DNA from: Selaginella moellendorffii
Lineage: Eukaryota > Plantae > Lycopodiophyta
Direction: 5' to 3'
Assembly: GCF_000143415.4 (NCBI RefSeq)
Contig: NW_003314321.1
Span: 1 to 64,000, forward strand
DNA length: 64,000 nt
Shown: in pieces, positions 49,552 through 60,746 of the stretch
Numbering within the stretch: position 1 is the stretch's first letter
How the letters are laid out: every line of letters begins with the position of its first letter
Notes under the pieces: model-generated
Database searches by the model: none
Seen by the model: only the letters and a program-made list of their open reading frames with translations
Told to the model about the DNA's origin: nothing
Position numbers and translations under genes: made by a program

Positions 49552-51134
49552 ATCCATAGATTTCACAGGAGAAAACGTGTAAAGCTTGTCTAGTTTCGCG
49601 CTTCTTCCAGTTTTCGATCCATCTCAAAGGTTTTAAGTGACACTCGAGCTGGACGTGTGAGAAAACTATAGAAACTGGACCATGGAGTCGTGCAAGGCTG
49701 GTCAAAATTAACATAGTTTGAAAGAAGAACCACATCGATTTAATTATGATAGAGCACGAGGAATGGAGCCAACTTCAGCATTGAATCGCGGGTTTGACTT
49801 TAGGCCGAGAATTTTTTTTTCATTTCCTTGATCTTTGGTCTTAGAAAAGCACTGGAAATCTCAAGGCTGGAAAGATTGATCTTTGATCTTAGAAAAGCAC
49901 TGGAAATCTCAAGGCTGGAAAGAAAACCACAACAAACAGCAACAACCAGATTTGATGATGTTTGTAAATGCCATTGCTAGCCTTGCCTTTGCTGTTGAGT
50001 GGATATTTCTAGGCCACCAAACTGGGGGAATTAAAAAAGGTTCCAACTTCCAAGGTTGAAAACTATGATAAAAAAGTTGGTTTTTTTTATCCCATTTGAA
50101 AAAAAAATGAAAGATATATAAATAAAAACCAGATTCTTGAAAATTCCCTTTGGTAGAGCATCTGACCAGCATTGGAGAGTACAACAGCAGCAAAAGCCAT
50201 TTTTTGGTGATTTCTTCCTTTGCGTTCTCTCCACGACAAGGATCAGCTCTTGGTGGATTCAAAGGCAAATTCACAGAAAACACCGCACACATTCTTCACT
50301 GTTCATGCGCGTTGATTGTTTGATCGATTCAACTTGTTTTAAAGCTTTTTCTTCTCATTTTTTTTCTCTTTTTCTGCTCCATTTCGCTCAAGCAAGGTAG
50401 GTAGTCGTCATTGAATGCTCTCTGTTTCACTCCTTTAATTTTTTCCCCTTTTTTCCCGTTTTTTTTCCCTTTTTTTTTCTGTGTAGTGGTGCGTGTTCTT
50501 CTCGATTCGACATGCTATGGTCTCTCGATCCGATCGAGTTTAGCAACAATCTTTCCATCTCTTAAAAAAGAAAGAAACGCAAAAACGCGAAAGATTTCCC
50601 CCCCTCCAAAGTTTTTTTTTTCTTTTTTTCTTTCTTTTGCCGGTGTCAAGTCATTCATTCATTGCCTCCTCCAGAAAGAGGAGAAGAAGCAAAGCAAAGA
50701 AAGAAGGAGCGCGACCTACCTTAGGTCATTCGTGTTTTGGGGGAGGATTTCGTGCGCGCCCCGCTTTGGATCTGCGCATGCGCCTGGCGATCTGGCGAGC
50801 GAGCTGAATTGAGGTGAGTCTAGATTCCAGCCAGCGCCCGGGTCGCCAATCGAGGAAGAGATTGGAGCTGGAACGAGCGAGCAGGCTCTCGAAATCCCGA
50901 AATCTGGCCGGGGAGGAGGGGAGGGGCCGAGGAAATCGGCGGGAGAATGCAGGTTAGAAGGAGGGAATAGATTTGGGCAGCAGTGGCGATGGGGAGAATG
51001 GATCATGCAAAGCCGTGGTTTCGCTGCTGGTGTTCTAGAGCGCCTTCTAAAACTAGCTGCTAGGACAACGGGAAGAATAGTTTCTTGGTGGAGAAGATGC
51101 TGCTCGAGCTCTAGCGGATTGGTAGATCGATGAA

Positions 51135-53527
51135 ATGGGGCAGTGCTATGGAAAAACTGGAGGAAACGAGCAGCAGCACAAGAGCACTGAGGAGAATTCC
51201 TACAATGGCTACTCCACCACCACGGGTGGAAACAATTCTCCACATTTCTCCTCCAAGTCATCGTTTAGCAACTCGCCATTCCCTCCGGCTAGTCCCATGC
51301 CTTACGCGAGCTCGCCCGCGAATTCCACGCCGAGAAGGATGTTTCGGCGGCCGTTTCCGCCACCATCGCCGGCCAAGCACATCCAAGCCTCGCTCATGAA
51401 GAGGCTGGGAACTACGAAAACTAAGGAGGCTGGAGGAGGCGCTGGAGGAGGAGGTGCTGCTGCTGCCACCGCGATCGAGAACGGAGGAGGCCTTGACAAG
51501 AGCTTTGGATTTGCGAAGAACTTTGCTTCTCGGTACGAGCTGGGACAGGAGATTGGACGCGGTCACTTTGGACATACTTGCTTCGCGAAAGTGAAGAGGG
51601 GCGAGCTTAAAGGCCAACAAGTTGCGGTCAAGATCATCATGAAGGCAAAGGTCTGTATATGTTCCGTACTGTTTATGTTCTTTCCTGTATTAAACTATGG
51701 TTTTCTTGCAGATGACCACGGCGATAGCGATCGAGGATGTACGTCGAGAAGTGAAGATTCTCAAGGCTCTGTCTGGTCATCCCAACCTGGTAAAGTTCTA
51801 CGATGCATGCGAAGACAACCTGAATGTGTACATTGTCATGGAGTACGTTTCGCTAAGATTCCGGCACGCCTTTTTTTGCCTGACATATCTTTTTTTCTCG
51901 GATAAAGGTTGTGCGAAGGAGGAGAACTGCTAGACCGGATTCTGTCAAGGTACAGTGGCTTCCACTTTGTTCTTTGGTTTCTTATCCTTGTTTTGTTTGT
52001 TTCCTGCTACAGAGGTGGAAAATTCCCCGAGGAGGACGCCAAGGTTGTGCTCTCGCAGATCTTACAAATAGTTGCTTATTGCCATCTTCAAGGTGTCGTT
52101 CACAGAGATTTAAAACCAGAGGTGAGGTAAACGTAACTTTTGCCAGGCTGCGAGACTTAATAGATTGTAATTTCTGCAGAATTTCCTATTTACTGCCAAG
52201 GACGAGAATGCGCCCTTGAAAGCAATCGATTTTGGACTCTCGGATTATGTGAAACCAGGTAATGAAAGTTTCAGTAACTTGAATAGAAACTTATGAACCT
52301 CTTACTTTGTTGCACAGATGAGAAGCTAAACGACATTGTCGGGAGTGCGTACTATGTTGCCCCCGAAGTACTTCACAGATCCTACAGCATGGAAGCTGAT
52401 ATATGGAGTGTTGGAGTTATAACTTATATCCTCTTCTGTGGAAGCAGGCCTTTCTGGGCTCGGACAGAGTCCGGAATCTTTCGCGCGGTCTTGCGAGCAG
52501 ATCCCAACTTTGTGGAAACTCCTTGGCCTTCGGTATCCACCGAAGCCAAGGATTTTGTGAAGAGGCTGCTCAATAAGGACTCGAGAAAGCGAATGACAGC
52601 AGTCCAAGCTTTAAGTAAGTATATTAATCTTCGTGATTCTTATGCTCTGTTCATTTGTCTGTTTTGCTATCTTTTTGCAGGTCACCCGTGGATTCGTGGA
52701 GAGCGAAAAATTCCTCTAGACATATTTATTTTTAAGCAAGTCAAGGCGTATTTACGAGCCACACCCTTAAAGCAGACAGCGCTCAAGGTGCGTGTCTACT
52801 TCCCATCGCTTCTTCAGACTTTTATCGGTTTGGCTTTTTCCTTTCAAGTGTAGGCGCTGTCAAGGACTTTAACTGAGGACGAGCTGATTTACTTGAGAGC
52901 TCAGTTCTTACTATTGGAGCCCAGTAAGAATGGTCGCGTGTCCCTAGAGAACTTCAGAATGGTACTTATTTTACATTTTTCGATTCCCTCGCGTTATAAA
53001 CTTTTTCTCATGGTGCGCAGGCTTTGGCTAAGCATTCCACCGATGCCATGAAAGAAGCGAGGCTGTTTGAGATGCTGTCTTCGGTTCGTGTAGAATTATA
53101 GATTATGCATATTCTTTTCTCGGACTCAACTGTTGTTAACCTTTCACTGCTGATCGGCTGCAGATGGATGCCTTGGCTTCAAGAAAAATGGATTTCTACG
53201 AGTTCTGTGCCGCAACCATCAGCGTTTACCAGCTTGAAGCGTTGGATCGCTGGGAGCGACACGCTCGATCAGCATACGAGATATTCAACCGGGAAGGCAA
53301 TCGATCACTTACAGTCGAGGAGCTTGCAAAGGTACGCTTAGCATTTCTCTCGTGTTTGCGAAGTAAACTCCGCGTAACTTTCACAGGAACTGGGACTATC
53401 TCCAAACTCGCCAGCGCACGTTTCACTCCACGAATGGCTCAGGCCCGTGGATGGCAAGCTCAGCTTCTACGGATTCACGAAGCTCTTACACGGAGTGAGC
53501 CCCCGCTTAAGTTCCAGGCCGAGATAG
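51135..53527 (+). CDS. CRK: CDPK-related kinase, multi-exon
   Basis: MGQCYGK myristoylation start; [48 protein letters not shown], degenerate EF-hand C-terminus. Confidence 0.93.
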
Positions 53528-54415
53528 ACGACGCCTCCCATTTCGATTTTTTCTCCGCAATTTCTGACACACTGGAGCAATGGTTGATCGTCAAAGATAC
53601 CATCCCAAATTCACAGGTTCTTCGCCCTATTTTCCAACTCTTTGATTTTTGGGAATGTAGCAACTGTTGAGAGCTTTCCTTCCTGTCCTTACGTTTGCTC
53701 TCCATTCAGAGCAGTGGAATATCCAGCAAAACTTGTTATCTGGGGTCCAGTCCAGGAAGAGCGTGGCACGAAAAAAAGCGATGGAATTCCTGGTTTAGAT
53801 CCGCCCGTGTTCTTCACTTTGGATTCAACACGGAATTCACAAGCAACTCTCGGGAGTTTGACTGTGTCAAGATATTTCCCTTTTGACTCGGCAGGTTCTA
53901 GACCACAGCCGCACGATCGAATTTTGTCCCGTACGAACGTGGACATCGTGGCCGTTGTTTAAGTCAAACCCCGTCTCTTCAAGGACTACGAGGGCAAAGC
54001 CGAAGCACACGCCGTTTGACCCGTCCGGTCCACAGGTCGATTGGGTTCCGCGTTGTGAGATCCGGTCATGACATGCCCGCCACAAAACGTACGCGTAGAA
54101 GGTACAACGACAAAGTTTTGAAAGAGAGGGCAAATATCTCGCGAGGAGGTATATTCCCCGGCGCACTGGAGTATATGCCCGTAGGAGGACCTCCTTCCTG
54201 GGATAAGACCTCGGGATCCACGATGGGTTTGAGAGGGATCGCGAGAGAGTGCGCGTTCTCCAGGGCTAGGCTAGGCTAGGGATCGATCGATGCGCGAGTA
54301 AGGCGGCGAAATCTGGGAGCGCGTCAATCGGCGTGGCGGAGCTGCATTGTGATCCTTGGCAGAGCGGCTGCGGCGCTGGGTATTTAGGGGATTTGGCGCT
54401 CGATCCGGCCAGAGC

Positions 54416-56205
54416 ATGGCCGGGAGCTGGGGCAGCGGCGCCTATCTTTTCGCAATGCAGATCCTCGTCGCCATTCTCGCCATGTCGGTCGCTCTTTCCG
54501 CCGCGGACGCTGGCGCTGCTCCTCGGCACAGCAACGCGTACGCGACGATGATGTACATGGGGACGCCCCGGGATTACGAGTTCTTCGTGGCGATCAGGGT
54601 CATGATGCAGTCCCTGGCGCGGCACAAGGCCGATGCCGATCTGATCGTCATCGCCTCGACGACTGTGCCGCCGCGCTGGATTCGCACGCTGTAAGTGTCT
54701 ATCGATCCGATCCCTGGCGAAATATCGCTTGATCTGGCAGCTGAAAATCGTTTGCTCTTCAGGAACAAAGAGGGCGTCAAGGTTGTCTCGGTCACCGATA
54801 TCCCAAATCCATACAAGGGGATGGATGGATTCAACGATCGATTCATGTTCACGCTCAACAAAATCTACGCGTGGTCTCTCACAGACTACGAGAGAGTGGT
54901 GATGCTCGACGCCGATAACATGTTTTTGCACAACACGGACGAGCTCTTCCAGTGCGGGGAGTTTTGCGCGTGCTTCATCAATCCCTGCTACTTCCACACG
55001 GGCCTTTTCGTTCTCAAGGTACGCAAGCGCGATCATAAATGCGTAGGAGGCAGTGAAGTTTGCTTCTTAGATCTCTTTGTTTTGTGTGTGTGTCTGTGTC
55101 TGATAGTTTCGCTTTGGCAGCCTTCCAACGAGACGTTCCAGGACATGCTCGAGGTCATAAAGGAGGGAAGAGAGAACAACGATGGCGCCGATCAGGGGCT
55201 TTTGACAGCCTACTTCAGTGATCTTTTGGAAAGGCCACTGTTCACCCCTCCCCGAAATGGATCGAAATTGGACGGCTTGTATCGTCTTCCTCTCGGATAC
55301 CAAATGGACGCTTCATATTACTGTAAGTCCGGCTGTGGTGGTGGTTTTTTTTTCTTCTCTAGTTTTTTTGTTTGGTGCGCTCGCTGGCGTGCTGGATCTT
55401 TCATGTACTTATCCTTTACGTTACCAGATTTGCGTCTCAAGTGGAATGTCCCATGCGGGCCAAACAGCGTAATCACATTTCCAAGCATTCCACTACTCAA
55501 GCCATGGTATTGGTGGGCCTGGCCGGTCCTTCCTCTTGGACTATCGTGGCATGAGCAGCGAAGAAAATCCATCGGGTATGTATGGAATTTTTTGTCAATA
55601 GTGCTGGTACTTACATCGATACGATATATATCAGATATGGTACCGAGATTCCGATCCTGGCAGCGGAATCCATTTTCTACCTCATAACCATGACTGTCTC
55701 GTTAGTCATACGCCGCAGATTTTCGTCCTCCGAGAAAGTCCCCCTCAAATCGTGCCTAGGTAGGTGTCCTTGTCCCGATCTAACACAATTCTTTTATCGC
55801 CTAGTTGCCAAGCTGTCCCCGGTTGTCGCCATTGTTATGTGCTTCGTCCTTCCCTTCTTTGTCATCCCGACTACAGTTCATCCTGTGATGGGCTGGAGTG
55901 TCCTGCTTCTCGGTTCTCTTTCCTACTTGGTCATCACTGCAAACGTCTTCCAGTTGCCAGTCTTTCCCACCATGACTCCCTGGGTCGGTATCGCTGGTGT
56001 CCTCGTCGTCATGGCCTTGCCGGTCTACGTGAATGGGATTGTGAGAAGCCTCGCCATTGGAACTTATGCGTTCCTTGCGGCGCCCTTCTTGTGGTGGGCT
56101 TTGAGAGTCGTGGCTAGCAGGGAGGTGGGGTTTGCGAGAGAGGCACTCATGGCCTATGGGAGGCAAGAGCCGCAGCAGTCAGCCGAGATGATGAAGCTTT
56201 GTTGA
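54416..56205 (+). CDS. PGSIP8: GT8 glycosyltransferase PGSIP7/8-like with C-terminal TM helices
   Basis: NAYATMMYMGTPRDYEF, LNKIYAWSLTDYERVVMLDADN, FINPCYFHTGLFVL, DGADQG, LKPWYWW. Confidence 0.85.
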
Positions 56206-56889
56206 TTGATGGAGTGAAGAAAACCCGGCGGCACGACGATGAGAGCGACAAGAACTGCTGCTGCTACTAGTACTACTACTTCTGCGACGATCAGAATTAT
56301 ATCCAGGTTCGGAGGGAGGTGTGTTTTTGTCGTAGCGGCATTTTTCTTTTACTGATTTTCTCTCTAACCATTTTGACACGGCTAACTACAAAGTGAAGGG
56401 AGGAGATAGAAAGAGAGAGAGAGAGGGGAGAGCTCCCAGCACTGTACGTGTGCTCGCTGGTGAGATTTGCTCCTTAAAGAGCCTGCTTGCCTTTGCAGGG
56501 GAATGTTTCAGGCACTTATGGTCCGATAGCGAAAAGAAAAAGCTTTAATTTTGTTCTCTCTCTCTCTCTCCGTCTCCGTCGTTGTTTGGTGTTTCGGAAA
56601 CACTGCCGCGACTTGCGAGGTTGGTTGGCTGTTTGTTTGTCCATCTAGCTTTAACAATTGTTTGTGTGTTTTTGCTTTCTTTTTTCCAGGGAGCGAGAGC
56701 GTCCTCGATGCGCGAAAGAATCAAATAAGACTTAGTACCAGTGACAGGTATGGCACGCATTTGATCCGCTCGCTCGCTCATGAGATTCAAGTCACGACGA
56801 AATCGTGATCCTTGCAGGTGCGAAGTAGCCCACGCAGAGGGAGCTGGGAACCAAGGCAGGCTAAACGTAAGGGACGAGAGACCAGCTCT

Positions 56890-57649
56890 GAGACTAATTG
56901 TTTTCTCCAGCAAAGCACAGCGTTGCTTGATGTAAGCCGTGGAATATAAATCGGTAAGCGCGCGCATGCGTGGGATGAGACGGTTGGAAAACGACGGGAG
57001 GAGCGACTGCCGTATAAGATCGCCGCCCCCGGCTGCCATGCTGATCTCTCCTGCTAACACTGCATTTTCCTTCTGGCTTTTCTTCAAGTTCTAAACAGCA
57101 AGGGATGGCGTGATCAGCTTTCACGATTGCAAGCTTGATCCAGAAAAGGATGAAGTTTTCTAACAAAACTTAAATGAAGTTTTTAAGTCACATTAGCAGG
57201 TTTCTAGAGCTGTTGTTATATCAGTTTGTGTGTCATTTTCGTCCTCTGGAATGCTTGGAATTTTCAAATTGAGAAAAAAAGGACATTATTTCCATAGTTT
57301 ATGCCATTGTTTTTTTGGGTTAAGTATACTTTCTAGAACAGGAGAGCATTAAAAGTAAGGAAGTGAAATGTTTGAGGTGGATAAAGTTGTGCATATGCCA
57401 AAAATGATAACTAATGATCATAGATTGCAAAGAAGTGAAATATTTGAGGTGGATAAGATTGTGCATATGTTACAAATAGTAGTCAGTGATCATGAATTGC
57501 AAATTTTTACTGATAAATCCTTCAAGCATGGAACTTTTGAAGGTTATAGAGAATTCATTTCGACAATTTCTATGTAGCTCATTTGTGGGAAAAAGCCAAA
57601 CAACAATCTACATACAAACTTCACTATCATATTTGAGTTGTTAGGTTTG
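56890..57649. pseudogene. Second, inverted, decayed copy of the RNase H / MAAGGGDL-leader head-to-head module
   Basis: MAAGGGDL..LLEKT on - (~56897-57040); homologous intergenic spacer; MFEVDKVVH..FTDKSFKHG..FELLGL on + from 57368, cut by an LTR at 57650. Confidence 0.85.
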
Positions 57650-58709
57650 TGTAAGGAATCAACTCCCCGAGGTGTTGTAGGCTAAAAGATCCTCGAAAGC
57701 ATAACCAAAATGACAAAGAGTTCATCGGATGGGACCGAGTTGAAGATCGAATCCAAGACCGACTCTGAAATCGAGTTCGAAATAAAGTCCGGGATCGAGT
57801 TTAAGGCCGAATCGGAAACCGAGTTCGAGATGGAGTTCGAGATCCGAGATCGGGTCCGAGATCGAGTCTGAGGTTGAGTCTGAAGTCGAGTCCGAGATTA
57901 GGTCCGAGATCGAGTCTGAGATCGAGTCTGAGACCGAATCCAAAGTTGGGTCCAAGATCGAGTCCGAGACCGAGTCCGAATACTAATACAGGTCAAGGGG
58001 TGAAAGCCCAAAGCATGCGTCTCCCGGGGGGGGGGGGGGGTTCCAAAAGTATAGTAGGGATAGTGAGGTCTAGGAACCAGTCTTGAAGGAACTCTCCAGT
58101 GGTGCTTCCAAACTGACTTGAGGTTGAGATTGGGGCCAAGGGGCCTTGGGTGGGAGTGAACATGGACTTTGGTGGTGCCGAAGGGGCCACCCCAAGAAGT
58201 GCTCAAGAGCAACTCCCACTCCCAAAAGGGAAACCAACTGCAATGCTCCCAGCTCATGTGGAGTGGTGCCCCATTTGAGTACTTTGTGGCTCATTGGTCC
58301 TCGCCCTTCCTAAAGGCTTGGGTCTTCCCTTTGGGATGGAAGTGGGGGGGTAGAGGTACCCATACTGGGGGTAGAGGTACCCATGATCACTCATGGACGG
58401 ATGACTCAGTCTTTGAGAGATGAGACTGCAATGTAGGTGGTGTCAGACCACTGATGTAACCAAGGTGAATAGGCATGGCCTTAGCATAATGGGCTCATAT
58501 GTCGGTGGTACCTTGGGGTGTCGGTGATGGGATCGGACACGTGGAGCACTTGGACTAAGTGCAAAGGTTGAGTGGCGGGGATGCCATTCTCAGGGCTAGC
58601 AAACCCAAGTCCAAAATAAGATTTATGGAGGTTGTGAGTGAGACACCTCCAAGTGGGTCGGAGGTGTGGTTAAGTGACTAAAGTAGAATGGAAAAATTAG
58701 TCACTTACA
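57650..58709. mobile_element. Solo LTR with hexamer microsatellite, flanks not matching (no TSD)
   Basis: TGTAAG...CTTACA ends; right part homologous to ~59640-60634; flanks GTTTG vs CTCAA. Confidence 0.75.
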
Positions 58710-58845
58710 CTCAAGCAATTCCCAAATACAAACCAAAGCCCCCACCAGTCTTCAAGGGAGTGAACGACTATAAGTGTAAGCAACCAAAGGGAACGACTCG
58801 AGAGACAATCGATAGGGGCTTAAATATAGAGGGAAAGGGCCCATG

Positions 58846-60634
58846 TGTGAGACACAAAATCCCTAGGCCCCAAAGTGGAGCAGGAAGGGCGCCACGTGGT
58901 AGTGGCCGAAGCGAAAGCCAAACGAGCATAACACGTTTGGACTAAAAGCTCCGACTTGAAAGGTCGAGAGCGGGAGTGAAACTCCCAACAAAGTGCTCGA
59001 GAAACAAGCACAAAGAGAGCAATAAGCGAGGCTCCAAAAAGGGACCCAAAAGGACTAACACATGACACGTGGAAGAGTCCGAGATGGACCCGAGTTGGAG
59101 TCCGAAGTGGAGTCTGAGAAGGACCCCGAGATGGAGTCCTAGGTGGAGTCCGAGGTGGATCCGAGATGGAGTCCGAGATGGACCCGAGATGGAGTCCGAG
59201 ATGGAGTCCAAGATGGACCCGAGATGTAGTCCGAGATGGAGTCCGAGATGGACCCGAGATGGACCCGAGATGGAGTCCGAGATGGAGTCCAAGATGGACC
59301 CGAGATGTAGTCCGAGATGGAGTTCGAGATGGAGTCCGAGATGGACTCAAGATGGACCCGAGATGGACCCGAGATGGAGTCTGAGATGGAGTCCGAGAAG
59401 GACCCGAGATGGAGTCCGAGGTGGAGTCCGAGATGGAGTCCGAGATGGAGTCCGAGATGGACCCGAGATGGAGTCCGAAGTCGAGACCGGGACCAAGACC
59501 GGGACCGAGACCGAGACCGAGATCGGGACCGAGACCGAGACCGAGGCCGAGGCCGAGTCCGAGTCCGAGTCCGAATCCGAGTCCGAGTCCGAGTCTGAGT
59601 CCGAGGCCGAGTCCGAGTCCGAGTCTGAGTCCGAGGCCGAGTCCGAGTTCGAGCCTGAGAGGGTGAAAGCCCAAAGCGTTCGTCTCCCAGACCCTGGGGG
59701 GTTTGGTGAGCTCCAAAAGTATAGTAGGGGGAGGACTGCAGTGGAGCCAGTTTGGCCCAGGAAGGCCGGACCCAGTGTTGGGTGATGAGCTGCCCACTGG
59801 GAAGTCCAAGACTAGAGTGAACACAAACCGACAAGTGGGGTAGCTTGGTGAAGTGTTCAAGAGCCGGCTCTAGTTCCCCCGGGAGATCGACTGGCCGATG
59901 CTCCCAGTCCAAGTGTGGGTGGCACTACCTACTTGGATACCTGGTGTGGCTCAACGGAACCTCGCTCTAAGCCTATGGCTAGAGCACCCAAAGGCAGAAG
60001 GCGAGGAGAGTACCCATGAGGCCTGCGTAGAGCCACGGTGTTCCGAAATGTTGTCCCAAAGGCCCAGACTGTGGAAAGGAGGAGGAGTAATCCTCTAGTG
60101 TAGTGACCAAGGATACAGTCGAGTGGTGAGGAAGTCCCAGAGGACCGTGGGACTTAGTGGTCGGGCCTGTGGGCCTCGATCCAGTGGCAGTGTTGGCGAA
60201 CACGGCCATGGGCAGAAAGGGACTTGGTGAAAACCGGAAAAGGGATATTGGGGAAGGCTATTCCCCATGTCTGTGGGCATCCCAAGGATGTTAAGGAGTG
60301 GATCTAGAATGATCACTCATGGATGGATGGCCCAGTCCTTGAGAGATGGGACTGTGATGCAGGTGGTGTTAGTCCACCGGTGTGACCAAGGTAAAGGGGC
60401 ATGGCCTTAGCGTAACGGGCTGAGATGTCGGTGGTGCCTTGGGGTGTCGGTCATGGGATCGGACACGTGGAGCACTTGGATCAAGTGCATAGGTTGAGTG
60501 GCGGGGATGCCATTCTCAGGGCTAGCAAGCCCAAGTCTGAAATAGGACTTATGGAGGTTATGAGTGAGACTCCTCCAAGTGGTCAGAGGTGTGGTTAAGT
60601 GACTAAAGTAAAATGGAAAATTTAGTCACTTACA
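58846..60634. mobile_element. Solo LTR (~1.8 kb) with long GAGATG/GAGTCC/GAGACC hexamer arrays
   Basis: TG...CA ends; TSD CCATG at 58841-58845 and 60635-60639; arrays at ~59075-59655. Confidence 0.88.
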
Positions 60635-60690
60635 CCATGAACAAGAGTGCACCTCCTTTTCCAATCGATTAAGGGTCTTGGGATATTTGG

Positions 60691-60746
60691 GGTTAAGCGT
60701 CCTTGGGTTTGAATAGTGCTAGGCTAAGTGACCTCCCGGGAAGTCC
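60691..60746 (+). promoter_or_regulatory. 5S rRNA-derived Pol III type-1 internal promoter (A box-IE-C box) inside the TRIM LTR; second copy at 61233-61288
   Basis: GGTTAAGCGTCCTTGGGTTTGAATAGTGCTAGGCTAAGTGACCTCCCGGGAAGTCC aligns without gaps to recalled plant 5S AGTTAAGCGTGCTTGGGCGAGAGTAGTACTAGGATGGGTGACCTCCTGGGAAGTCC. Confidence 0.85.

Noticed and set aside
49840-49922. ~37 bp direct repeat (TCTTAGAAAAGCACTGGAAATCTCAAGGCTGGAAAGA) twice
   Set aside because: Simple local duplication with no other structure
58820-59912. Long repetitive ORFs (346, 257 and 238 aa; SR/LG/ES-rich)
   Set aside because: Artefacts of stop-free hexamer repeats inside a solo LTR
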